From positions 20,187-84,186 of the IMG/VR virus record IMGVR_UViG_3300009506_000011: DNA of 64,000 nucleotides; one strand, written 5' to 3'. How positions within the stretch are numbered: position 1 is the first letter of the stretch; each line of letters opens with the position of its first letter. The notes below the pieces were generated by a model. That model ran no database searches. It had not been told where the DNA came from and saw nothing but the letters and a program-made list of their open reading frames with translations. The position numbers were made by a program, and so were the translations under genes. This document shows positions 18,133 through 27,115 of the stretch, one piece after another. The DNA is from a virus.

Positions 18133-18211
18133 CCGAAACGTTGCCGCGCGAGCGGCGGCGTCCACCGGTAGCACCGTGTGCCGATGATGGCAGAGCGAGG
18201 TAGCTCCTCGC
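18132..18211 (+). ncRNA. Hammerhead ribozyme variant (CCGAUGA-U core)
   Basis: gcc-GAAA, 9-bp stem III with GCGA loop, TC, stem I, CCGATGAT-ggc; covarying 3' hairpin. Confidence 0.7.
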
Positions 18212-18223
18212 AGGAGGACAATC

Positions 18224-18757
18224 GTGATCATCACCACCTCGGCGGTCACCGCCGATCCCAACGACACCTATCAGCCGTACCGGATGCGGCTCGCTTTCGC
18301 GCCGTCAGGCCAGTATGCCGGCAGCTCCGCCACGCTGGATCTGATCGCCTATTACTCGGAGTACAGCGACACACACGAGCTGCACGGTCCCTACTGGCAG
18401 CTCGAATGCAACGCCCCGGCCTGCGAGCGGCCGGCGGTTTTCCGCGGTTCGCGAGACGAGCTGGCCGAGCTAGCCATGTGGTGGCTCGCTCGATTCGCCC
18501 CCGGACCCTACGAGGTGCCGGAGGAGCTCGAGGATCTCGCGGACGACGAATCTGCGGACGGCTGGGGATGGTACATCCGCGCTTCTCTCGCCGATCTCGT
18601 CGGCGTCCCAGCAGAGGATCAGTGGCTCGACCGGCGCGAGGCTGGCCGCGACGAAGAGTGTGACTGGCTCGCCGCGTCGGTCAACGACATGGCCGGCTGG
18701 CTACGCGGAGCCTACGACAGCGCTGGCATGAGCCGTGCCTATGAGGTGCGGTCATGA
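18224..18757 (+). CDS. Hypothetical acidic protein
   Basis: AGGAGG RBS; GTG start. Confidence 0.65.
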   Translation: MIITTSAVTADPNDTYQPYRMRLAFAPSGQYAGSSATLDLIAYYSEYSDTHELHGPYWQLECNAPACERPAVFRGSRDELAELAMWWLARFAPGPYEVPEELEDLADDESADGWGWYIRASLADLVGVPAEDQWLDRREAGRDEECDWLAASVNDMAGWLRGAYDSAGMSRAYEVRS

Positions 18758-18902
18758 GGCTCAGCATCATACGGCGGCGCCTGCTGCTGAGGCGCCTGCT
18801 AGAGAAAGGGTGCTCTGTGCGGCTACGCCGCATCGTCGAGCGCAACTGGAACCTGACTACGAGCTTGGCACCGTTGGTCAAACAGGATGAGCGAGGTGTG
18901 CC

Positions 18903-19517
18903 ATGCGAGCGCTGAGCATCCGCCAGCCCTGGCCAGAAGCGATCCTGCGGCCACCGTCGAGGGAATTCCCCTCGCCGAAGAGGATCGAGAATCGGACGTG
19001 CCGAGATGGCACGGCCGGCCAGCCGTGCTCTCACCGCGGTCCGGTGCTGCTCCACGCGAGCAGCGGCATGGCCGCCGCCGAGCTCAGCTCGGCGCTCGAC
19101 ATGTGGCGAGCCGCTCGGCTCATCACCGCCAGCGCGTCCCTCGGTGTCGTGACCGCGTTGCGGCGCGGTGGTATCGTCGGCTACTGCCGCGCGCTCGGTC
19201 ACCTCCGGCCAGACGGCACGGCCGCCGTGGTCGTCGATGGCGAGCCGCGGACCATGTCCGCCGCCGAAGTGCGGCGGCGCTTTGACCTGCGGTGGTGGAG
19301 TGGCGGCCACGGCCTGCTCCTGACCGACGTTGAGCAGCTGCCTTTCGTGCCATGCAGCGGCGCCCTCAACATGTGGCAGGTGCCTGCCGAGGTGCTCCAG
19401 CAGCTCGAAACGGCCGGCCGACGGTTCGACCGCTACGGCAACCTGCTCTACCGGACTCGCGTGCGCGGACACGAGCGATGGGTGACCATTCCGCGCGATG
19501 AAAGGATTGCGTCATGA
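18903..19517 (+). CDS. ASCH domain protein
   Basis: ALSIRQPW..KRIENRT..HRGPVLLHAS..GGIVG. Confidence 0.85.
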   Translation: MRALSIRQPWPEAILRPPSREFPSPKRIENRTCRDGTAGQPCSHRGPVLLHASSGMAAAELSSALDMWRAARLITASASLGVVTALRRGGIVGYCRALGHLRPDGTAAVVVDGEPRTMSAAEVRRRFDLRWWSGGHGLLLTDVEQLPFVPCSGALNMWQVPAEVLQQLETAGRRFDRYGNLLYRTRVRGHERWVTIPRDERIAS

Positions 19518-20203
19518 TCTGCGCCATTTGCTACTCCCCAACTTCCTACTCCCCAACTTCCTCACTCAACCCCCTGATCGTCGCGGCCGTGCGCGAGTGC
19601 GCCACGGTCGCCGAGGCTGCCCGGTGGCAGCGCCAGAGGACAGCGACGAACCCCGAGATCGTCAGCGGCTGCAATGCCTTGTGCGAGCTGCCAGGCGCCA
19701 AGCCCGGTGACCTGGTCGAGTGCTTCGGCGATGACTGGCTGCAGACCGGCGAGCTGACTGGCGTCGACGACGTGACGCAGTACCAGTGCCGTTGGCTCAT
19801 CGAGCCGCGTCTGCTCGACGCTCGCGACCTTTTGCTGCGAGGGACCGAGCGGACGAGGGATCAGCTCCCGGAGCAGTACGGCGACGTCAGCGCCGCGTTG
19901 ACGGTCGTCACGCACGCGATCCTCAGCGGCGCACTGCATGACCGGGAGGCGGAGCTGCGCGAGGCATGGTCCGTCGTCGAGGAGGCATACCGGTGCGCCT
20001 GCCGCAGCACCGGCATGGCCAACGAGGTCATGCGTGAGCAAACTCAGCCGCGCGACGAGGTGCGCTCGGCTATGGCTGCGCTGCCCCGTTTGCAGTCGAT
20101 GTCGGCGCTGCTGGAGCGCGCGCTCAAGTGCTGCACCGCGGCGCTACGCTTGGCACTCGGCCGCTCCGACGCCGGCCAGCTCATTGCGGAGGTGGCGTCG
20201 TGA
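19514..20203 (+). CDS. Hypothetical protein
   Basis: ATGA-coupled; 15-bp tandem duplication at 19531-19560. Confidence 0.55.
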   Translation: MICAICYSPTSYSPTSSLNPLIVAAVRECATVAEAARWQRQRTATNPEIVSGCNALCELPGAKPGDLVECFGDDWLQTGELTGVDDVTQYQCRWLIEPRLLDARDLLLRGTERTRDQLPEQYGDVSAALTVVTHAILSGALHDREAELREAWSVVEEAYRCACRSTGMANEVMREQTQPRDEVRSAMAALPRLQSMSALLERALKCCTAALRLALGRSDAGQLIAEVAS

Positions 20204-20354
20204 GCGCCTGGCGCGCCTTCCAAGGCGCAAATGGCTGGTATGTGGCCTGGGAGTCGGACGATGGTTTTCACCATCAGCCGTCGTTTCCGCGGTGGCTGAC
20301 GGAAGAGGAAGCGCGTCGCGAGGCGCGGCGTCGCAATGAGGAGGAGGACGAGAT

Positions 20355-21314
20355 ATGAGCACGCGACTATACGCAGCCGCGCCCCGGCGCGGCGTTATCC
20401 CTGGCACTGGCTGCGAGCACGCGGCCGATCCGTTGCTCGGCTGGTGCGCCGAGTGTGGCTGGGCCTGGGAGCCAGACGAGAGCCGGCTGCCAAGAGGCAC
20501 AGCGGTAGGACCAGACGAGCTGATGGCAGCGATGCTCCGCGCGCCGCTCGACCGCTGCTCGCGATGTGGCGCGAACGCATGCGCTCGAACCGGACCGAGG
20601 GTTTGGGCCGAGTGGCTCTATGAGCGGCTGGACGGCGATCTGCTCGGCGCGGCCTACTACGGTCGCAGCCAGCTCCTGCCGGCGGAGGTCTACTCCGCCT
20701 GCGAAGCGCACGAGATGTCGGCCAGGCAGCTCGAGTGGTGGTGGCTCGAGGTCGGGGAGCGATGGCACGAGCTCGCCGACAACCCCCGAGCCCGGTGGCT
20801 CGACGATTGCCACGGTTACGGTCCGAGCTACGCGCCGCTTGGCGAGATGTACCCGGACATCGTCGCCGACGGCCACGATCCGAGCACCTGTCCGGCGTGC
20901 AGAGCGTACCTCGGCGTGCCAGAGCCGTACCTCGATCTACCGAGGTGGTGCCATGCGGCGATGGACGATGCGTATGTTGGCCACGGCCGCGCCCTGACCG
21001 CCATCGCTGCTCAGGCCGATGTGGCCGCCGCGGTCGCGGCGCGCGCCATGTCCGTCTGGCCGTACGTGCCGAAGGACCCCACGGACGGATTCTGGCTGCT
21101 CCGCGGAGAAACCGCCCGCGGCCCATACAAGGCGCGGGAGCAGGCCGAGCTGGCGGCGAAGCAGCTCGGCGGACGCGTGCGCGAAGTGCGGCACGGCTGC
21201 TGGCAGCCGGAGCCAGCGGACATGAGCGGCAGCGAGCCGCAGGTTCCGCCCGGCGCGAAGCTACCGGATGTCCCATTGGTATGCCACCGGCAAGCGGTCA
21301 GCGGGGGAGTATGA
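20355..21314 (+). CDS. Hypothetical Cys-rich protein
   Basis: GGAGG RBS; several CxxC motifs. Confidence 0.55.
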   Translation: MSTRLYAAAPRRGVIPGTGCEHAADPLLGWCAECGWAWEPDESRLPRGTAVGPDELMAAMLRAPLDRCSRCGANACARTGPRVWAEWLYERLDGDLLGAAYYGRSQLLPAEVYSACEAHEMSARQLEWWWLEVGERWHELADNPRARWLDDCHGYGPSYAPLGEMYPDIVADGHDPSTCPACRAYLGVPEPYLDLPRWCHAAMDDAYVGHGRALTAIAAQADVAAAVAARAMSVWPYVPKDPTDGFWLLRGETARGPYKAREQAELAAKQLGGRVREVRHGCWQPEPADMSGSEPQVPPGAKLPDVPLVCHRQAVSGGV

Positions 21315-21452
21315 CCTGGACGACGAGCTGTGCGGCGTGCCAGGCGTCTATAATGTCACGTCGCAACCGCATGATGATGGGTGGCACTATATGGTGCTCT
21401 GCCTCCCGAGCACGGCGGCGGAGCACGGATGGGAGCTGACCGACACGCCAGA

Positions 21453-22586
21453 CTAGCTGGCGTGCCACAGCAGCCGCGCCTGCGCCACCTCCGCTGGCGG
21501 CACCGGCCCGCCGATGTATCGGAATGACGCGGTCATCTGGGCTAAGCGGGTTTGCGTCGTTTGGTGCCGCCAGTGTATCGCGCGCCGCACCTTGCGCTCG
21601 CGCACCATCTCCCAATTTGGCGAATGCATCCGCGACGCCACCTGCGCCGGATGGGTGGGGGTCGTGCGCAGGCCGAGCCCGTTGGTCGCGGCGATGGCGC
21701 CAATCTTGTCGCTCAGCGCTGTCCCGATGCCGATCCCCTGAAAGTCTGGCAGCACGACCGTCCGGCTCGTGCGCCAGGTGTTTTTGACGTATCGGTGGGG
21801 GAATGGCATCACGCCGCAGAAGGCTGACGGGGCCCCGTCAATGAGCCCCATGAAGCACTTGGCAGACTTGTTCAGCTCGTGCGTCAGGTAGTGATGCGGA
21901 GCGAACCACGGCCAAGCCGCATGCTCGCAGCGGACGATCTCCAGCTCGATCCGGGGCCGGGGTTGAACCGACCTCCACGTCACAAGGCCGACGTGAGGCG
22001 CTGGGCGAGGCTCTAGGATCCAATCGGGCTGCAGCCACTCGACGAGGTCATCGTGGCAGGAGACTGCCACGAATCGCCGGTTTGACCGGCGCACGTGCTT
22101 TGCGACCGCAGCGCTGCCGATCTGGGCCACCTTCCGGTGGACGACGCTGGTGTACTCGTCGATTGCCACAAGCGGCCGCGGGTCGACCAGTGCTCTGGCG
22201 AGGTTGCACCGGAAGCGCTCGCCGTTGGACAGGACCCGGAACGGACGGAGCCACGCCGGCGGCGACGAGAAGCCCACAGACGACAGAGCCCTGATGACGT
22301 TGTCGATGGGCAATGCCTCATCAAACTCAGTGACCACGGCGCCGTCGCCCCAGTCGTAACCCTCGATCAGTGCATCGCCGAAGAGGTGCCGGGCAATGCT
22401 TGTCTTGCCGCAGCCGCTCGGGCCGGTAATGAGCCCGATGCTCCACGGCCTCGCGTCGAGGTCCACGTCAGCGCGAATCTCCACCACGCTTTCAGCGGCA
22501 GACGGGATGTCGTACATTCCCTCCACTTGCTTCACCCGGGCCGTTCGCTCAACGCCCGTCGCAAGCCTCAGATCAACGCGCGGCAT
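21453..22586 (-). CDS. ABC-type ATPase fused to a GNAT acetyltransferase
   Basis: Walker A GPSGCGKT, signature LSNGE, Walker B IDEY; C-terminal RTVVLPDFQGIGIG. Confidence 0.85.
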   Translation of the reverse strand: MPRVDLRLATGVERTARVKQVEGMYDIPSAAESVVEIRADVDLDARPWSIGLITGPSGCGKTSIARHLFGDALIEGYDWGDGAVVTEFDEALPIDNVIRALSSVGFSSPPAWLRPFRVLSNGERFRCNLARALVDPRPLVAIDEYTSVVHRKVAQIGSAAVAKHVRRSNRRFVAVSCHDDLVEWLQPDWILEPRPAPHVGLVTWRSVQPRPRIELEIVRCEHAAWPWFAPHHYLTHELNKSAKCFMGLIDGAPSAFCGVMPFPHRYVKNTWRTSRTVVLPDFQGIGIGTALSDKIGAIAATNGLGLRTTPTHPAQVASRMHSPNWEMVRERKVRRAIHWRHQTTQTRLAQMTASFRYIGGPVPPAEVAQARLLWHAS

Positions 22587-23191
22587 GGCCAGCCCAGCTC
22601 CTCCAGCTCGCGCAGCTTTTCGAGCTGGTCCTCTTCGCCCTCGCACTCGACGACGATCGCGAACTGCTTCTGAGCGTCGCCCTGCCTGCGTCGCTGCTTG
22701 TTTCGCTCCTGGCTCTTGTCTGGCTCAGGCTCGATCTCAAGGCTCAGCAGCTGAGCGAACTGCTCCTCCGCGAACCCCAGGTCGAGCGCGTCGCTGACGT
22801 CCAGCTCGATGGGGCGAAGCGCCTCTGCCAGCGCCTCGTCCGTCCAGCTGCCCCGGCGCGTGTAGAGCTGCACCGTCAGCCGGCGCGCCTCGGCCTCGGT
22901 GATCCCGTCGAGGTAGACCGCCGGGCCTTCGAGCAGTCCGACGTCCAGAGCGCAGGTCCAGCGCTGCTCGCCGTCGATGATGACGTTGCGCTCCTCACCC
23001 TTTTCGTCCGTGCGCCAGACGAGCAGCGCCTGCGAGCTGAGCCAGCCCTCCTTCATGAAGCCAGCCTTCATGCTCTCGCGCTCCAGCTCGGTCATGGTGT
23101 TGCCATTCCAGCCGTTGGGCCGGAGCTTCGTCAAATCAACGATCTCAGTCTTGCCGCGGACGTGCGGCTGTCGCTTGCGCTTCTTCGCCAT
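22568..23191 (-). CDS. ParB/Srx-like protein
   Basis: LRPNGWNGNTM..IIDGEQRW. Confidence 0.8.
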   Translation of the reverse strand: MAKKRKRQPHVRGKTEIVDLTKLRPNGWNGNTMTELERESMKAGFMKEGWLSSQALLVWRTDEKGEERNVIIDGEQRWTCALDVGLLEGPAVYLDGITEAEARRLTVQLYTRRGSWTDEALAEALRPIELDVSDALDLGFAEEQFAQLLSLEIEPEPDKSQERNKQRRRQGDAQKQFAIVVECEGEEDQLEKLRELEELGWPCRALI

Positions 23192-23441
23192 CTCTCCTCC
23201 GTCGAGCCATTGCTCGTACCGCCGCCAGCCGACGCTCGCGGTCGAGCTGCCAGCGGATCGGCGGATACAGCCTCGCCCATCGCTGTACCGTGCTAGCTGG
23301 CCAAGCTAGCTTTGCCATGTCGCCCCCGGCGCGGCGGATGGCGGCCATGACGAGGCGCCTCGCCGCCGCCTCCCCACGCCTCAGCCGCGCGCCGAGGGAC
23401 CGGCCGCTGTCAGCCACTGGAGCTGGCCAGGACGGCATCAT
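23145..23441 (-). CDS. Small HTH-like protein
   Basis: AIRRAGGDMAKL..STVQRW; coupled to neighbouring genes. Confidence 0.45.
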   Translation of the reverse strand: MMPSWPAPVADSGRSLGARLRRGEAAARRLVMAAIRRAGGDMAKLAWPASTVQRWARLYPPIRWQLDRERRLAAVRAMARRRRDGEEAQATAARPRQD

Positions 23442-24313
23442 GCCGCGCAGAGCCCCCACGCGACGCAGCTCGGCGTCCCCTCAAAAAACCAGTCGTGCTG
23501 CCGGCCGCCGCGGCTCGTCCGCGCCCAGCTCACCGCCTCGTCGATCGGCCGGTTGGTGCTCTTGATGTCGTCGTCGCGCCGGGCAAGCTCGGCCTTGGTC
23601 AGCTGCCGGGAGAACATCGTCGGCGGCGTCAACCCGAGGCTGTCGAAGGTCTCTCCCCGCGCCTCATAGCGAAGGCGCGCCGCCTCTTGGACGTCGGCCT
23701 CGAGCTGCCGGATCTCGTCGATGCGCGCGGGATCCAGGTCCGCTACCAGCCGGATCGCCGCCTTGCCAGAGCAGACACAGGGCCAGCAGCCGACACGCTC
23801 GGCGCCTTGCAGGTAGAGAGGGTTGGGCGCCAAACCGTGCCGGCGGTGGATCGCGATGACCTCGTCCTTCGTCCAGTCGATGATCGGCCGCCATACCTCG
23901 ACATCTCCCCACGCCAAACGACCGCGTGGCACGTCACGCTCCGGCAGCTTCGCGCGGCGGCGGGACTCCTCGCGACGCACGCCTACCGCGTTGACGACGT
24001 GATCATCAAACCGTGCCATCCAGGCCGCCATCGGCTCAAGCTTGAGTGTGCGCGTACACCATCTCATGCGGGGCGTACGGCTGGGAAACATGCCTTTCTT
24101 GCGGCACCAGTCGGCAAAGCCGCCGCCGGGCGAGCGCACCACGTCGATCTGGCCGAGCTTGTCCTGCAGCGGTCCCAGCACGTACTCGACGGTGGACGGG
24201 TGCTCCCATCCCGTGTCGGCGAAAACCCGCAGGTGCTCGATGCCTTGCTCCAGCAGGTAGAGGCACGCAGCGGCGCTGTCCTTGCCGCCGCTCACGCTCA
24301 CAATCGTGGTCAC
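23438..24313 (-). CDS. PAPS-reductase-family (CysH/DndC-like) protein
   Basis: SVSGGKDS PP-loop, FADTGWE, RWCT..LK, GVRREESRRR, NPLY..RVGCWPC. Confidence 0.9.
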   Translation of the reverse strand: MTTIVSVSGGKDSAAACLYLLEQGIEHLRVFADTGWEHPSTVEYVLGPLQDKLGQIDVVRSPGGGFADWCRKKGMFPSRTPRMRWCTRTLKLEPMAAWMARFDDHVVNAVGVRREESRRRAKLPERDVPRGRLAWGDVEVWRPIIDWTKDEVIAIHRRHGLAPNPLYLQGAERVGCWPCVCSGKAAIRLVADLDPARIDEIRQLEADVQEAARLRYEARGETFDSLGLTPPTMFSRQLTKAELARRDDDIKSTNRPIDEAVSWARTSRGGRQHDWFFEGTPSCVAWGLCAA

Positions 24314-24597
24314 TGCACCCCCGGCAGATGAAGCAGCAGCCGCAGCCAGGCCGGGGTTCGGCGCGCTTCCCGCGCCATCCGCGCTCGTCTGGCTGGACTG
24401 CTGTCCGTCAACGCCTCATGCCAGCACTGTCGCCGCCGTTGCAGCTCCTGGCGGACCTTGAAGGTAAGCCACGCTTCTAGCCACTTGAGCAGCGCGCCAG
24501 CACGCGGTCCGCGGTTTTCTAGACGCGGGCGGGAATCGAACCCGCCCCCGGGACTGGAACCCGGGGCCCGCCATCGGGCCGCGTGCTGGCGCTTCAT
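24310..24597 (-). CDS. Possible leader ORF containing the tRNA-like structure
   Basis: Leaderless ATG after the promoter; GTGA-coupled to the PAPS reductase gene. Confidence 0.35.
   Translation of the reverse strand: MKRQHAARWRAPGSSPGGGFDSRPRLENRGPRAGALLKWLEAWLTFKVRQELQRRRQCWHEALTDSSPARRARMAREARRTPAWLRLLLHLPGVQ
24523..24584 (-). ncRNA. Minimal tRNA-like four-way junction (CCA at anticodon position)
   Basis: ACGCG|GCCCG-ATGG-CGGGC|CCCGGG-TTCCAGT-CCCGGG|GGCGGG-TTCGATT-CCCGCC|CGCGT; all stems perfectly paired. Confidence 0.75.
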
Positions 24598-24632
24598 TCT
24601 GCCATGCTAGCGTGCTAGGCGGCAGACGTCAA
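24598..24632 (-). promoter_or_regulatory. Promoter overlapping a GCTAGCGTGCTAG box
   Basis: TTGACG(24632-24627)-N17-TAGCAT; 13-mer at 24606-24618. Confidence 0.7.
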
Positions 24633-24946
24633 GCCTTCCAGGCGCGGGCCGAGATCTCGCAGCTGTCGCCGCCGGGCCACACGGTGGCGGTGCCGTGGTA
24701 GGTCGCCGAGATCTGCTCGTCGCCCAGCCGGTGCGTCAGGACCAGGGTGCCGTCCACCGGGATCTCGTCTGCGCACGGCGGTCCCTCGGTGACGTCGCAG
24801 CGGACCGTGGCCGAGCCGTCGGAGTGGTCGAGTGTGACCGCCGCGTCCAGCGACAGCGCCGGCGGAAGCTCGTCTCGCCACCGACGGCGGATCTGCACCA
24901 TGGCCTCCAGCGCCAGCCAGAGCGCCACAGCGAAGGCCGATCCCAT
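24629..24946 (-). CDS. Hypothetical protein with N-terminal hydrophobic segment
   Basis: MGSAFAVALWLAL; TGATG coupling. Confidence 0.5.
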   Translation of the reverse strand: MGSAFAVALWLALEAMVQIRRRWRDELPPALSLDAAVTLDHSDGSATVRCDVTEGPPCADEIPVDGTLVLTHRLGDEQISATYHGTATVWPGGDSCEISARAWKA

Positions 24947-25680
24947 CAGGCTCTCGACCTCCGGCGGATCAGCACCTGGAGCAGCTGAAGGAGAACGGCG
25001 CCCGTCATGCAGGCGTTGATCGCGACGACCTCGGACCAGACCTCGAGCAGCGTTCTGCCGGTCGCCCACGGAAGCGCGGCGGTCGCGATCGAGCCGGCCA
25101 AGAGAGCAATCGCGCAACCGGCCGCCGGCGATGGCGCCGGCCGGCCGCTGTCAAAAAGCCAGCGGCGCAGGTAGAGCAGGGACACGAGCAGGCCGCCCAG
25201 CTCAACGGCGTAGTAGAGCGAGAGCAGGTCATCGCCTCGAAGCTCCGGGTAGGCGACGACTACGAACAGCCACAGGCCGAGTCCAGCCGCGGCGACAGAC
25301 CACCACGAATAATTTGTGATTTTGAGCCACATTGTGACAGGGTTCGGGCCACTTGTGCTCATGGTTTTCGCGGAATCATTGGAGTTGCACCGCGAATATT
25401 TCGGAGCAGAAAAGACACACACTGCCAGCGCCGGCAGCGCGAGGATCGAAGCGAGGTACAGGCCCGCTTCGCCATGGCGAGCTGCCAGCCCCCAGCCGCT
25501 GCGGACGTCGTCCGTCGGCGGCTGCGCCGCGCTCAACGCAAGCCTCAGAAGGTCGAGGACGACGACGATCCAGAGGTACCACGCCACCGGCCTGACGCGG
25601 CTGTCCCGCCGAGCGGCCGCCACAGCGGCAACGCCCGCGACGCCAGACAGCGCCAGCAGGCTGACGTGGAGCACGGTCAT
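24946..25680 (-). CDS. Multi-pass membrane protein
   Basis: About 7 hydrophobic segments. Confidence 0.7.
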   Translation of the reverse strand: MTVLHVSLLALSGVAGVAAVAAARRDSRVRPVAWYLWIVVVLDLLRLALSAAQPPTDDVRSGWGLAARHGEAGLYLASILALPALAVCVFSAPKYSRCNSNDSAKTMSTSGPNPVTMWLKITNYSWWSVAAAGLGLWLFVVVAYPELRGDDLLSLYYAVELGGLLVSLLYLRRWLFDSGRPAPSPAAGCAIALLAGSIATAALPWATGRTLLEVWSEVVAINACMTGAVLLQLLQVLIRRRSRA

Positions 25681-26230
25681 GGCTCAGCCGCGAAGCTTCC
25701 AGAGCGCCAGCGCCGCGTCCGGGTGGACGATAACGCCGGCGAAGTCGGCGGAGTCGTAGGTGACCTGGCGGCCCTCGACGTCGCACGGCAGCTGCTCGCC
25801 CCGGTGAAGCTCGGGATCCTGGTAGATGACGAGCTCACCTCCGTCGATCGTGGGCTTCCAAGGGTTGGGTGGTGTTCCTCCTGCTGGCATGACCGGAAGA
25901 TAGCCGGTCATGAGCACCGGGGCTAGCTGGCGGCCGCCTCATATCCACGAGCCGGTTCATGGGCTGATCGTCCAATTGCAGAACGGATCGAAGCGATCAC
26001 CCTTTGGGCCGCGGAAGAAGCAAAACCAGTGACCGATGCCGTGGCGGCCATAGCGCACCTTCTCGGCACGCTCGTAGCACTTGAGCGCGTCACCATCGCG
26101 CCCGAGCCGTGCGAGTCGGCTAGCCTCGCGATAAAGGCCATCGCAGCGAAATTGCTGCGTGACGATGTGCAGCTTGGTCCGCCTCCGCATCCCACTTGCC
26201 TACCACGGTCGGCTCTGCTAGTCAACTAGC

Positions 26231-26725
26231 ATGCGATGCCCAAAATGCGGCGAAGCCGCCGAGCTGCTCAAGAAACCGTGCTGCGAGGACGCGTGGTCTG
26301 ACCACGTGGTCGACCACCCAAACGAGGCCGTCGCGGCGCTCCAACGGGGAGACTACGGAGGCGCCGCCAAGGCCGCAACCGAGCAGCTGGCGGTGGCCTT
26401 CGCCGTCATCACCGCAGCTGACCTCGCCAGCGGCGCTTCGCATCTGAGCGAGTTTCTTGTCTCGGGACGGGGCATCGCTCAAGTAACCTCTGCCGGACCG
26501 GTGGAGGCGCGGCTCGTGGCGAAGCTCAGAGCGAGCATCGGGCGTACCGCCGGCTCCGTCGTTTCCCGCGACGAGCAGCACACCGTCATGGCTGTGCTGC
26601 GGGTCAAGCTCGACTGGCGGACCAGGCTCCGCGCGCTTTGGCGTGGTCGGCTCGCCATCGAGACGTCTGTCATGACGGAGCGCCTGCCCGGTCGCGCCTC
26701 CTGGAGCTGTCGCGTGGTAGGCTGA
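26231..26725 (+). CDS. Hypothetical protein
   Basis: N-terminal CPKC..CC; divergent from the TTGACT promoter at 26225. Confidence 0.5.
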   Translation: MRCPKCGEAAELLKKPCCEDAWSDHVVDHPNEAVAALQRGDYGGAAKAATEQLAVAFAVITAADLASGASHLSEFLVSGRGIAQVTSAGPVEARLVAKLRASIGRTAGSVVSRDEQHTVMAVLRVKLDWRTRLRALWRGRLAIETSVMTERLPGRASWSCRVVG

Positions 26726-26728
26726 GCC

Positions 26729-27115
26729 ATGCCGGATTTTCAGCTCAAGCCCATCGGCTCCGAGGTGGTCGACTGGGACGATCCCGCGACGACGGACACG
26801 CCGAGCCGGCTCAACCCGGTGGTGCGCCACCCGCACAAGTATCACCGGATCTTCCGAAACTTTCCTCTCACGATCAAGGCCATCGTGGACGGCATCGAGG
26901 GACCCGCGGATGGCGCACTCGGTGGCCGGCTCTTCGCTTGGAGCTGGGTGGTCACGCGGGAGTCTGGCTACGCGCCGCCGATTCCGACGTCTGCCGGCTT
27001 CAGCAGCACGGTGGTTTTCCCGGCCTTCCACTTCCTCACCGGCCACTACGAGCTGCTGTGCTCGCGGCCTGACGGTGGCGCCGTAGGCGTCACCTTCGAG
27101 ATCGAGGACACCTGA
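26729..27115 (+). CDS. Probable virion structural protein
   Basis: TAGGCT-N5-ATG leaderless start like the other tail genes; beta-rich. Confidence 0.5.
   Translation: MPDFQLKPIGSEVVDWDDPATTDTPSRLNPVVRHPHKYHRIFRNFPLTIKAIVDGIEGPADGALGGRLFAWSWVVTRESGYAPPIPTSAGFSSTVVFPAFHFLTGHYELLCSRPDGGAVGVTFEIEDT

Noticed and set aside
3278-24584. Calling the two cloverleafs functional tRNA-Leu and tRNA-Trp
   Set aside because: Arm lengths are non-canonical, conserved D-arm and linker features are missing, and there is no CCA. They are reported as tRNA-like instead.
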